From assembly GCF_021869535.1 (NCBI RefSeq), contig NW_026262581.1:47182001-47246000 (forward strand): a DNA stretch of 64,000 nucleotides, read 5' to 3'. This stretch comes from Mytilus californianus. Lineage: Eukaryota. The position numbers and the translations under genes are program-made. This document shows positions 24,915-38,541 of the stretch, piece after piece (the first letter of the stretch is position 1; each line of letters starts with the position of its first letter). The notes under the pieces are model-generated. The model was not told the origin of the DNA, did not search any database, and was given only the letters and a program-made list of their open reading frames with translations.

Positions 24915-27419
24915 ATGTTTGCTTTTGCTTATTTTATAACAATATACTTATTTGCATTTGTTTCTTGTCATACATGTTTGATTCAAGACAACAGAGGAGA
25001 TTGTTCCTCACGAGGGATATACACTGTTCCACAGGATTTACCTCGGAATCTTACGTCACTGGACTTAAAACGAAATTTAATAGGTACAATATCACATGGC
25101 GATTTCCAATTTTATGGAAAATTGATAATATTAATTTTAGACAAAAACAAGATTTCCGTACTGCAATCAAATGCTTTTAGAGGACTTAAACATTTAAAGC
25201 ATCTGTCAATGGCTGAAAACAGGCTTGATCTTAATACATCATATGTCTCGGAAATATTTGGACCTCTGAAATCTCTAGATAGGCTGTACATTTCAAGAAA
25301 TATGCAAGTAGGAACAGATTTGCCAGTTTATTATCCGTTTTTCGGATATTGCCGTAAACTTACAATTCTGGAAATGGATCTTGCTCGAAAGCCAGTGTGG
25401 AATAACTGTGGATTGTCAAAACTGAAACAGTTACGAACTTTATCTTTCAACTTCTGCTTTTTAGATAGAATGACCAATGGAACCTTCGCTGGTATGCCAC
25501 CATCAATAGAAAATGTGCACTTCGCTGGCTGTAAGGTTCGTGAGTTGGCTGAACTAAACTTTCTTAAACCTTTTCATTCGTTGAAGATTCTTCGCTTATT
25601 CCAAGTTTGCATGGACATTGAGTCAGCACTGAAGATAGTATATCCTTTTTAAAAAATGCAAGAGTTAAACATTACAGAAGTTAATCCTGGCTATTGTGAT
25701 GGACTTATTAGAGCTCCTTATGCAGTTATAATAAATGCTGATATGACAAAATACTTGCGAAAAGTATGTTTAAGAAAATTAATTTTGATAAGAAATGGTA
25801 TTGTGGATTTCAAGCCAAATTCTTTACTTTCTTACAATCATCCTGAATGTTTTATTACAATAATTTTTTCTGGAGACCGATTTTCAATGACAAATGGATT
25901 TAAAACAGTTGAACTGTCAAAGTTCATACTGCAGTTATCAAATCTTGTAACTTTCAACTATTCCGGGATTCTCAGTATTTCAACTGACGAAATTAATTCA
26001 GGTTTAACGGCCGATACAGAATATGCAGAAAATCTGGATCATTTGATTGCAAATAATAGGAAATCGGATGTTCAAATAACGTTCCCGTTCCCCCAATCAC
26101 TGCAAATACTTGTTTTGTCGAAATTTGCTGGAGTTCAAGGAACTACTCCACATACAATATACTTATCGAATATAAACTATTTGCGTGTTCTCGATTTATC
26201 CTATTTCAAGATGAAGTATTTTCCAAATATTGTGTTCAATGGAACGAACTTTTTGGAATATGTTGACCTTTCCGGTATTGACTCAACTCTGTACTCAGGA
26301 AGGAAGAATATTCCTTTGTTTAAAGAATCCAAAACTTTGATATTAAAACATGCAAGGGTTGATTTGACACTTCGCAGAAGTAAGCAAATATTTAGTCTTG
26401 TGCCAACAGTAAAAAGATTGGATATATCATATAACCACTTATGGTTCCTGCCAATTGACGCATTCAACTCAAACAAACACTTACGACATCTTGATATGGG
26501 ATTCAACTTATTTTCGGAAGTACCAATAGCGTTGCACACATTAACAAATCTTGAAATTCTAAATTTAGAACATAATAATCTCCAAACGATCAATAAGACG
26601 TTTCAGCAGTTGTTCGATTGGAGAAATGAGCGAATTCAGGCTTCGTTTCAATTAAAACTTTCAGGAAATGTTTTTAGATGCAATTGTGAGAATTCTGACT
26701 TTGTGTTATGGATTTCCAAAACAAGGATAAAACTTGATAAACCTGCGAGAAACTATACGTGCCAGTTGGAAAACGGAACATATACTAATACACAGAAAGC
26801 AGCAGAAAATTTCCATGAATTTTATGGTAATTGTGAAAATGAAATGTGGCTCCGAGTTGGTATATGTTTACTCGTGATATTCATAACATTTACTACTCCT
26901 ATTGCAGTCATAGTTAATTTCAGGTGGCGAATAGCATATTGGGTATATCGGGTTTTTAAAAGAGTTGTTGAAAATGATTTAAAATTAAAATTCAAATACG
27001 ATATTTACTTATCATATTCAGATGATTGCTTCGATTGGGTCAAAGACATGTTAATACCGAAAATTGAGATCACATGGAAAATGAAAGTGTGTATAGAGGA
27101 TCGGGATATTTTGGCTGGAATTATCCGATCTGATGCTATTTCCCAGTCTATTCATGAAAGTAAAAACATAGTATTTGTCATTTCTGAATCATTCACCGAA
27201 AAAACATGGGGAAAGTTCGAGATTCAAAGAGCAAAGTATGAAAAGTACACTGGACATCTGCAGCGTATTATTGTCATTACCAAAAACGTCCAAGTAGAGA
27301 ACTTCCCAATCGAACTCGATTGTATTCTCGATGATGTTTTTCTTGTGACTTGGTCAGATCAGGAAATTGAAAATGGATGGGACAAGTTGAGAATGGCGTT
27401 GTTTTCAGACTATAGTTAA
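24915..27419 (+). pseudogene. Single-cysteine-cluster Toll-like receptor, intronless, with one in-frame premature TAA (25650-25652)
   Basis: ATG at 24915, signal peptide MFAFAYFITIYLFAFVSC, LRR-NT (CHTC...DCSSRG), LRRs, LRR-CT NVFRCNCENSDFVLWI...YTC, TM WLRVGICLLVIFITFTTPIAVIV, TIR (KYDIYLSYS, RDILAG, WDKLRMAL). ORFs 24882-25652 and 25656-27419 share a frame; the paralog has CAA at the stop position. Confidence 0.95.
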
Positions 27420-30225
27420 CTTCAACAGTATTGTTGAAAATGTTTAACAGGTTAATCTTGCTGCCTTGCAGAACAGCTGCATTTTTTAATAGGACTGCAA
27501 AAGGAATTGTAATTGCATTTTGGGATATAAGATTACAAAGAACTAATTGGGCTGTTTAATAAAGCATAGAATAGACAATACTTTCGAGTTAGATTCGTAT
27601 GTTATTATTACTGGTTATTTTCCACTTTTGAAATTATCGTGCAATTTCAACTTCCCGTTGAAATAAATATCAATTCAATTGTCGTTTTGCTGATATCAGT
27701 TGTATAGAAATACAGAATGATCAGGAATCTAAATATAATACAAGATTAATATTTATATATAAACATTCCAAAAAGGTATTCGAATTTCATTTTTTACATA
27801 GAATATACAATCAAGCTATTTATCTTACCAATTCAACACTTCAATAAGGTCTGTGGATATTGCTTTTATTTTTTTTTATTAATGTTGCTTTTTTTTCAGT
27901 TCAATAAAACCATATTATATTTTATTTCTAAACACAAACATGTATGCACATTCACGGTACTATAACATCACCATTCCATATTAGGGGAGGGGTTGACGCC
28001 ATCGAACATGTTTCACTACGCTCAAATTTTTATATGCCTGTCCCAAGACAGGAAACTGCAGTTTGAAGATTGTCATTTGTTCATGATTTTCATTTTTTGT
28101 TTGTTTTTGTAAATTGTTTTGTAATGAATTAGCTTGCCTTTTCGAACTTATAGGAGAGTTCCAGGAAAGTTGTTGTTTTCAATGTGTAATTTTAAAAAAA
28201 TCGTATCAAGCGACAGTTTTCTATGCACATGGCTAGATAGTTACACAGGCAAATTAAGCAAAATTTATGACAAAAGTCTAGTTTACCTTTTTTCCAGTGA
28301 TGAAAATATATTGTATGGTGATATCGTCCAAATGGTGATGTTTTCATGTAGATGATGTTGTACTGATCCCAACACTATATCACGTGATATTTCTGTGTCA
28401 AATAAAATTGGAGTAAGTTGATTATTGAGTTTACAGAATATTTCCATTTAGTACACATAAAAGAAGTCTCTTCAAATTTTTTATTTGATATAGTATCGTC
28501 TTTCAAAAATATGAAAAGTTTATTGAATATGTCGAATTTTAATTAGGTATTCAACGTTTAGAATTGTAAACACAAGGAAACATTATCTGGTATTTGAACA
28601 TTGATTATTTCCGTGAAATTTTGTAGACAGTGCAAAAATTCATATTGTGATTTTGAAATGATTTACGTTAAAGGACTTTGATTTGTAATCGAAATGTTCT
28701 TGCAGTCAACATCTAAATACTTGCAATTAAATGAAACCATATTTTTAAAGCTGATCTTTTCGAGTGTATTTCACGCACAAAACTTGCTTGTTTTCTAGAT
28801 GAACCATGCATTCTTCTTAAGCTATAGAAAATAAAGTACAACAAACTGGTAACGCAGTTTGTCATTTATCCTTTTGTTAACTTAAGAAGAATTTTATTTG
28901 AGAATTGTTACGATTGTTATTTTTTTCGGTAGGTAGTTAATAAAGGTACTACTGTTGTACAACAATGTAAGCATGGTTGTTTTTGAACACACTCAAATAT
29001 AGATGCTGTATATGAGATCGTGCAGTTTCTATGTTTGCCAGTTCAAAGGCGGTGATAGAATCGCTTAACACATTTTCAATTAATTAAACACAATTGCCTT
29101 CAAGTCGATTATTTGGAAACATTAAATAGGAGTTTTAAGTTATTGCGTCGTTGGGTTGCTGTTTCATTGACGTAAGCTTCTCTTTTATTCATGCTATATT
29201 TAAGATATTAAAGATACATGGTTGTGAAGGATCAAAGGACACAAAACAAATGAGCATAATATTTGAAAATTCCAACCGACAACTTTGAATGATTTGAGGC
29301 GATTTCGAGCTTGACATATTTTCTTGTAACGATAACCAGTTTTCTAAAATGGTAGGTGGAACCTAAAACTCAAAATATTTTAAACGATATATCTTAAATA
29401 TTGCTAATACATTTCCCTAATAATTCTAAAAAATTCGCTATATTTTTCCTTATTTTGTCTTTTGTTTGAGACTATATATTGACCTCTAGATGTCTTTCAA
29501 TTACATCCAGGTTGGCCTGGGTTGATGTCTGATTGCTGTACATGTAATATATCGACGGGGGATTTGTTTATATAAATAACAACTATTCCCTAAAATTCAA
29601 ATAAAATGGATGTAAGAAATTATAGGCAACCCTTCAATAAACAGCTGCGCCATAAGCGCATGATACTCTCAGTCACATTTACAAAGAATAAAGTTCAATT
29701 ACTTCTCAATGCCATATTAGAAATTTATGAAAATCAAAAAGGGAGCTTACATCAATATATACATATGTATAAATAATTCACCAAGGTTTTACATATAAAC
29801 CAGAGGCGGGACCTGGGAGGACCTTACCCCCCCCCCCCCCCCCCTTTAGAAATTTCTGGTTCTCCAATGTATACTGTCGTTCATATTTAGGTAATTTAGA
29901 CACACGAAAGTGTAAAGCACTTTTAAAAGAGGGATCTACTTATTTTTAATTAATAATAATGATTGAAGCCCATCTGGCCATCTGAAGATTTTATATCTGT
30001 ATCATGTATACCTTGACCTATAATGGTTTACTTTTATAAATTGTAACTTGGATTGAGAGTTGTCTCATTGGCACTCATACCACATCTTCCTATATCTATA
30101 TAGTTGTATATTCCAAATTCTGCCCTATTTTGCTTTAAATCCAGTCTTAACAAAAATACCCCTCTAAAGAGGAAAGATTATTCCTCTATACAGGTATAAA
30201 CACTATACACTGATACAGAGGGTTT

Positions 30226-30270
30226 GTTCCCAAACTGATGAAGGTAATTCCAGAAAAGCGCTTCGGATGC
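30226..30270 (+). ncRNA. Degenerate hammerhead ribozyme motif of a second family
   Basis: CTGATGA-AGG(TAATT)CCA-GAAA-AGCGCT-TC-GGATGC: core and palindromic stem III present, but stem I is interrupted by extra bases. Confidence 0.45.
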
Positions 30271-33200
30271 ATGAAATTATTAAAAGTGTTGTTTTTCAAT
30301 TTTTTTAAGGTCTTTTAGACACACCAAAGTGTAAAGCACATGTCAACTATATATATTGTTTTTTTTATAATAAAGTACATCATGAAATTGAGGAGGATTC
30401 GTGGAAAGAAACACTATATTTGTATGATAATATCATGTATATTTCAAATTGTTAGCAAATTCGACATGGCAGTATTTCAGGAATTCCCGCGTAAATGCCA
30501 TGTCTAAATCGGGATATACCATTTTCAGGGCTGTAATGTCGTTCATATTTACAAAATGTAGGGAATTTAGGCCGAGTTCACTTGAAACTCTAGAATCGAC
30601 TTCAGAGTTTCAAGAGTATCACGTGAACGCACTAGAGTTGCTATAGGAACAACTCTAAGTAACTCTAGGTTAAGGCCCTGACCAAGCATGAAAATATGAA
30701 ATAATTTAATTGGTTTGACGTCATTCAAGGGTTTCTCGAGTTTAACCCTGGCTCGGGGAGGGTTGGAACCAGGGTACGAGGGGTTAACTCGAGTGGTTCA
30801 AGTAAACTCGGATTGTTGAAACCCGAGTTAGTAAAGTTAACTCGAGAGGTTCAAATGAACTCGGCCGTAGACAAACCAAAGTGTAAAAAATATGTCAACT
30901 ATGTGTCATGTTTCTGTATAATAAGTGTATCATGAAATTGAGCTGTTTTCGTGAAGAAACACATACAAACATACGTTTATCATAATAACGTCTCAAAATG
31001 TAAACAACCCATAAAATACAATGGTATATGGAATCGTCCATAGGCATAGCTGGTGAAAAACATAGAATCCGCGAATACACTGTTTCAGTTGATTTTGTCA
31101 GTTGGTATCCATGACTGAAATGAGATGAAATAAATATAGATATGTACATTAACAGCTGATAAAGGTCTATTCAGTAGTTGAAATTAGTTGTTTGTTGGTT
31201 GAAAATGAAATGTGATGGGATATGCAGTATCCTACATGTACATCTACTTCAGTTTGATTATTTTATAGAATAGGGACTAAATGTGTACAAACCTGACGTC
31301 AAATTATGTTGAAGAAAATAGCATCACATACAATCCTATCAATTCATTAAAAATATTACACAAAGAACAATATATTTCACATTACATATGCATTAATCCA
31401 AATTTATGACCTCTATGGAAGATTTCCCGCGAAAATGTCATGTGTTAAACGGGATAGACCAAAAAGAATTTTAGGTGTATATTGTCATTAACATCCTGAT
31501 TAATGTACACAGTTAGATAAAATATATATGTTAACTATATTTATATTGGTTTTTAGAATAGTGACTTTATCAGAAAAACACATATTTATTTGTCGCAAAC
31601 AACGGTAAATAGTATACATTATCTTGACATAACATATGAACCCCTTAAGCATAATGGTGTATGGAATCGTCAACGGAATTGTCCAAACAGATACAAGTGA
31701 AATACGTACAATCATTAGTTGTGGACACAGAAAAAAGATCAGAGATAAGACCCTTATAACCCCGTGTAAAGGTAAAACAAAGTATAAAATCATTGTTTAA
31801 TAAATTTGCTTGATTAACCTTGAAGTTAAGACTAATAACGATTACGTGTATCGAGAGAACCCCCTAAATAAAATAATACCATGTTCTTGACGACTTCCGC
31901 GCGCGATAATCGATAGAAATAATATTTTATGATAGTGTATGTTAATTATATGTTAGATACTTGTTTGTATCTCTTCAGATTAAGAACTTTGAGACTGTTG
32001 TCAGCTATCTTCATTGTTAGTTTAAGTAAAAATAATTATTTAAGTAAAATAATGCTCCAAAATTATCTACAGATTGATATTTAAAATTAATTCATTGATT
32101 CTATAAGAGAAATTGTAAATTTTGACATTATTCAAGGAGAATTCTAGAAAGTGCTAAAACAAGAGCCCACCAATCGTAAATGTTAAAATGCGTTATTAAC
32201 TCTGTCACTTAAAATAAACAAATAAAGATATGCATTTTTACTGGATAATCTTCCTTTGTACCATATAAATTTAATATGTATGGCATCATAAATTGTAATT
32301 GACTTATGGTCATTGTTACTTTGACTTATTTTGTATTATAGTGCTTTTGAAAAAGAAACACTTACATTTCCAAATTTATCTACAGAATAATATTTTAAAT
32401 TCATTGATTAATTGAGAGAAAATGTAAATTTAGGCACTTTTCGAGTAGAACTCTAGAATGTACTACATTGAGACCCCAGCAAGTGTATTAGCTAAAAATA
32501 TAGAATTGAGTTTTCCAATTAATAAAACATAGGGAGTTATCTTAATATTTTTAATGGACCAAAGCTGGATAGTTTAAAAAACATGTACTTTTTATGATTT
32601 TCTGAAAATACGTTTTACTGGATTATCTCCCTTGGAATAATTCACAAACTGTTTCTTGTAAATTTAAGTTCTGATGAGTTATTAAAGCTTCAAGACTTGA
32701 TTATTCAATAAATCATCATTTTTCAATTCGTTGTTTTCTGCATTTATAAGTTTCAGGGTGATGGAATTTGTAATTTTCCTAGAAAAATACTGCCTCCAAA
32801 ATGGGAAAACTGGTTCCCGGTACATTATAGCATTCCTAACTGAAAGGCATGGGAACCAGATGAAATATTTCTTTTATGGACTTCTTCCATAATGTTGTTT
32901 AAGTACACAAAGTTTCAATTAAATCTGATGGTTCAAGTGAGTCTATACCTATTTCTCATACAAAACTTGGATTCAACTTTTTTTTTTAAATTAGAATCAG
33001 ATCAAAAAAAATTTAAATTATATTATATGAAACTTGAAAAATTTACAAAATTAATACAATAAAACACCTAATACTTACTAGTGTCATTTGATCAATCCTG
33101 ACACCCCTAGGTGTACCATAAAATATGCATAATATAACATATACATCTATTAAAAATAAAATATACTTCTAAAACATAACAATGAATAAATCATTGAAAC

Positions 33201-36200
33201 AAAGAAAATAAACTATTAGGTGCAATTATAACCTAAAAATAATCAATGTTAAAAAACTTATTTCCGCAACTTTGGATTTTTTTTTTTAAATGTATGTTGC
33301 AAATTTTTTTTTTTTTCCTTTTAGCACAATAACCATAACAAAAACATGCATGCATGTATAGTTAGAATGTTATAACCTTTGAAGAACATGTTACTTTACA
33401 TTAAATCAAATTTCTAGTTGTAGACCCTTTTAATGCAAAATTACCTTATTTTTCTATGTTGTTGGCAAAGAAATAAGAAGTTAAAATTTCTACAATATAT
33501 ATATATACTAGAAACACCAAAACCTATACATAGTCCAAAGTGGTATTAAATAAAAAAATATTTATACAATTATTAGTTTGTTTTCATTTGATTACATTTC
33601 AAATGACCAAAACTAAATTATTTGTTTATTTGTTTAGGCTCTTGTTTTTCGTTTTTTTCTGTGAGTCTACAGTTATTATATTCAATCTATTCAAGTAGAA
33701 ACTACAGTCCATTTCAATCAATTTATCAAACTCTATGTCTGAAACTTTAATCTTAACTTCTGTATAAATAGATTGTGTCAGTTTATGGTGAGCTTGTTGA
33801 TTTGAACTTGTGCATTAGGTGTAACGTAATTCCTTAATTTTGATTTTTCTCTTAATTCCAATATTATTTGATTTATTTATAATTATGATGATTTATTTTT
33901 TTTTGTTTTATTTATTAATTTTATTTTTATCTATTTTGTTTTTGCAGTTCATTTTTTAAGTTACTGATAGTTCACGTTTTTAATTATATGATTTATAGCA
34001 GGTAAGAACAGAACCTGCACAAACCAACAAGATTTTTTGAGATCTTTTATTTTATTGAAAAATCAAATAAACTTGCTGACTCATTGTTTGTTCCTTGACT
34101 CAAATTTCAGGACCAATCAAAAAGGCATAAATGTAGAAATGTGAGTGTGAATAGATAAATGTTATGCTCCTAAACCATCAAATTTGTCAATATTGAGTGC
34201 CAGTTATTTTCAATAATAGTTTAAATGATAGATAATCCAAATTCTATATTTCACTTTTTATATAAAAGGGAAATAGTTGATATAAAACATATTTCAAATT
34301 AAAATAAAAATAAGATGTTGTGTGATTGCCAGTGAGACAACTATCCGCCGTAAACCAAATGACGTAGCTGTAAGAAAGTGCATATTGTTAATATGTTGTT
34401 TAGCTTGGACGGAGCATTTTATTTTTTAAGGGGGTATTATAATTTCATAAAGTTGATTGATTTTTGTTTGAATTACGTCCAGTGGCAAATATTTCATGCA
34501 TGTTCATGACGAGAACACCTAATTTCAAATACAATAGGTAGGTCTTTCAATAGGAGGCTGACTGTGAGATTGGAAGGGAAACTTTGAATACCACTGAAAA
34601 ATGAGAGTATATATTTGAAAAGGACAGACAGTTGGCCACATACGGGACCCCTCAAAGAATTGGTGCAAGAGTTTTTAATGTGCAGGGAGCGTTGATGCAT
34701 GAAATATACTCTGAAGTCGGCTATCGATATTTAAGTGTAGTTTCCAATGATATAGTTTAAGAGTCCTCAAAGTGTCAGATCCATGGTGTACGGGAAGCAA
34801 CTTTTGATATTTATTTCAAAAAAAGCTGTCGCACGAGAACGCTCAAAATGATTTTTTTTTTAGAAAATTCCCATGTTTTCACAACATTTTCCTTAAACTT
34901 TTAAGCTATATATGAGCAAGTTACCGTGTGAGTAAAAATGCCACAACATTTTTAATGTCCCTTGTAAATGAATGCTAACTTCAAAGATGAATGTTATAGG
35001 CCAAGCTCATTAATAACTCAATGATTTGTATTAATACCTTTTCCATTTTATAATAAGTCATTGTCACAATTGTATTTGTTTTCTGTTTCACTCCCCTTCC
35101 CCTTGTTTGGCCAGAAGGATACAATGTAACCCCTGATGCGGACTGTGGCTGTGGACTGTGATGTGACTATTTGATATATAAAAAATATGGAAAGCCACAA
35201 AGGAGGAAAGAAATGCTAAAATTAACTTTTATTAATTGCAGACCTTCTTGCTATTGGTGAACAAATCTAAAATAAAATCATAAAAATCATAAAACATCCA
35301 AAGTCCATACACGATTTAAACATGATTCAATTCTTGGTCATCAAATACCATATTATAAATCAATCCCATTGCTTGTCGCCCTTTACACTTCGACATTTTA
35401 AATTAAGGCATTGTTGCAATTGAAAATCCGAAACGAATTTACCGTTTTATTGAATTGTATAAAATATTTAGCTGAATGTAAATTATCATACTAAACCTTT
35501 TATTGCAGATAAAACCGAATCGATCGTTTTGATTATAATTTACCAAAAAATAGCATCGTATTTTTTAAATGTAGAATCTCCTATTTTAGACTTTGAACCT
35601 TTCCGTGTAAATGTATCTACTGTAACCCTTGCTTAAAAAATCAAATATTTAAAAATTTGATATATGTTTGAGACAATTATCCACTGAAGACTAATGATTA
35701 TACATCAATAAATGAATCTGATTAATTTAATCACCCTTCATGTCCAGTGGCAAGTATGTCATGCATATTCGTGACGAGATGTAAAGTGGGTCGGCCTGAA
35801 ACAGATATTAACAATTTTAGAGTCACTCTTTTATAAGATATAAGTGAAACGTATGCCTTACTAGAAAAAAGCTGAACCAAGATGAAAATCGAAAGTTAAG
35901 CAATTACCTTCATCCCCCTTTTTCTCCACGGTAGACGAATGCCAAAACAAAACGAAATGGACACACAGGCAATAATGGGCACTATTAGTAAATGAGGTAG
36001 GCACTTATTTTGAAGAAAAATTTCTTTAGCTGCCAAAATTTGGATTTCCACTCATATACCGTCTGATTATTAACTGTAGACAATCAACCAAAGGCGCTTA
36101 TATTCTTTGAAATTGTAAATTATGGTATGTCGCTGGCCATTTTTTCCTGATCATATTCTGATTCTAAGGGGGCGTGTCGAATTATACTTTCTCGATTAAC

Positions 36201-36299
36201 TTTAAGTAAATAGAACCTCAACTTAAAGGCCTACACCGAGTTTATAAGTTCGAGGTACAATAAGTAAACAAACATAGATTCTTTGTGAAATGAGATCAT

Positions 36300-37030
36300 C
36301 CCAGGTATCTTAGATATTTATTTTGCATTGCATAATAATGAAAAATGCACGACAATCTGTCGATACCTGTAGTTTTGCATTGCACAAGATCATGTTTTTG
36401 CCTGATTGTTACTGACGTAATAAAACTAAATCAATTGGATGTTGGATGTATACTGATTGATATTTTGGTCTTGGATACATGATTTTTTTATCAGTTGTTA
36501 TAGGCTTTGAACTAGCTGTCAGTAACTGCGAATACTCTCATATCTGTGTCTTTTTTGTTGTGGGGATGTATAAATACCCTGCCATGTCTAGTGTGTGTTT
36601 GTGTTACTTGTTTTTTTCTGCTTTGTATCGGTCTGATGAGTTCAGCCCTTTTCAACTGATTTTCATAGTTTGTTCATTTGTTGTGCTATCACGCCACTGT
36701 CCATGGTTAGGGGAGGGTTGGGCGTCCGCAAACATGTTTTACCCCGCCACATTCTGTATGTGCCTGTCCTTAGTCAAAAGACTGTTATTCAGTGGTTGTC
36801 GATTGTTGCTTTGTATCTTTTTTTATCCCTGATTTTGTACATATATCAAACCGTTAGTTTTTCCGTTTGAATTGTTTTACATTTGTCATTTCGGGGTCTG
36901 ACTACATGTTTGCGGTATGGGTTTTGCTCATTGTTGAAAGCCATAAAAAGACCTATAGTTGTTAACTTCTATGTAATATGGTCTTTAGTAGAGAGTTGTC
37001 TCATTGGCAACTATACCATATCTTCTTATT
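36300..37030 (+). mobile_element. Naiad family A 3' region
   Basis: Collinear with 5495-6120 and with the reverse complement of 42905-43620. Confidence 0.8.
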
Positions 37031-38421
37031 TTTAGCTCACCTGGCCCGGAGGGCCAGGTGAGCTTTTCTCATCACTTGGCGTCCGTCGTCCGTCGTCGTC
37101 GTTAACTTTTTACATTTTGAACTTCTTCTAAAGAACCACTGAATGGAATGAAACCAAACATGGCATGAATTTCCTTATGAGATGCTGACCAAGTTTTGTT
37201 ACTTTGTAGTCGATCCATCATCCAAGATGGCCGCCAGCGGGGGACTTAGTTTAACATAGGACCCTATGGGAAATGCATACAAATGACTCTTTTAGAGAAC
37301 CACTGAATGGAATGTAACAAAACATAGCATGAATGTTCCTTACAAGGTGTTGACCAAGTGTTGTTACTTTGTAGCCGTTCTATCATCCAAAATGACTGCC
37401 AGTGAGGGACTTAGTTTAACATAGGACCCTATGGGAAATGCATACAAATGACTTCTTTTAGAGAACCACAGTATGGAATCAAACCAAATATGGCATGAAT
37501 GTTCTTTATGAGGTGCTGACCAAGTGTTGTTACTTTGTAGCCGATCCATCATCCAAGATGGCCGCCAGCAGGGGACTTAGTTTAACATAGGACCCTATGA
37601 GAAATACATACAAATGTCTTCTTTTAGAGAACCACTGAATGGAATGACACTAAATATGGCATGATCTCTTCCAAAAATCTTCTCTGAAACTACTGAGACA
37701 AATTAAACCATTCTTGACCACAGTCATTAGGGTATCAAGTTTAAAAAATGAGTGATGGCTGACATGGCTAAGAATAGAACATTGGGACGAAATGCAGTTT
37801 TTTGCTTAGATCTATGAAACTAAAGACAGGTTAAAATCTAACTGCCCTGAAATTTCCAGACAAATCGGACAACCTGTTGTTAGGTAATTGTAAGACCATT
37901 TTGCAGCTTTTAATTATAATAAATAAAAATAAACTGTAAGGTGCAATAATTTCCAGCAAAGTAAGATCTACAAATATGTCAACATGGCCAAACTGGTCAA
38001 TTGACCCCTTTAAGGCCATTATATGCAACTTTTTTACAAAATTCTCTACTTGATCTACTGGGCCGAATAGAAATAAACTTGGCCACAATTTTCAGTAGGT
38101 TATCATGACTTGTTTGAAAAAATGTATCAGATGACCCTGCCATCAAACCGCCTTTGCTAAAATAGAACATAGAAGTTTAGAAGTCTATGAGAAAATTGTA
38201 AAAAAAATTCTGAATGGTCACAACTTGATCACTTATTCAAGTAATAATGATAAGATGTCTTCAGTAGCTATTGTAAGACTACACTAAGATGACCTGCTTT
38301 TAATTTTAAATACTGTGCCAAATTAAACCAACCTTGGTCTCAATCGTTATATAATTTTACATGATTTCAAAAACCACATTAGATACAGGTGAGCGACACA
38401 GGCTCTTGAGAGCCTCTAGTT
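37031..38421 (+). mobile_element. HINE (Helentron-associated non-autonomous element) with internal 166-bp tandem array
   Basis: 5' AGCTCACCTGGCCC..GGGCCAGGTGAGCT hairpin, (GTC/GTCC)n seed, units starting at 37132, 37296, 37462 and 37628, 3' CAGGTGAGCG sub-terminal repeat and AGGCTCTTGAGAGCCT hairpin; inserted in the T-tail of the preceding repeat. Confidence 0.8.
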
Positions 38422-38541
38422 ATATATGCGAACAGGTTAATAACTCTGAAAACTGTGATATTGTCATCAATATGTTGTATTAAATTTTGTCCTTTTCAAA
38501 ATTACAATTCACTACCCAACACACTGTTGACGCACAATATA

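Noticed and set aside
25650-25652. SECIS-driven readthrough rescuing the TLR stop codon
   Set aside because: The stop is UAA, not UGA, and the SECIS lies about 3.4 kb upstream of the gene rather than in its 3' UTR.
26201-26593. Antisense ORFs over TLR and B-box genes (also 8406-8654, 9298-9624, 39140-39334, 55831-56058, 56687-56887)
   Set aside because: Shadow ORFs of genuine coding sequence on the opposite strand.
36300-36420. SECIS in the family A 3' region (also 43560-43640)
   Set aside because: No intact AUGA/GA quartet with correct helix II spacing could be drawn in either copy; the family consensus would be needed.
36633-36660. CTGATGAG as a hammerhead core
   Set aside because: No stem II or GAAA follows; it is part of the family A repeat.
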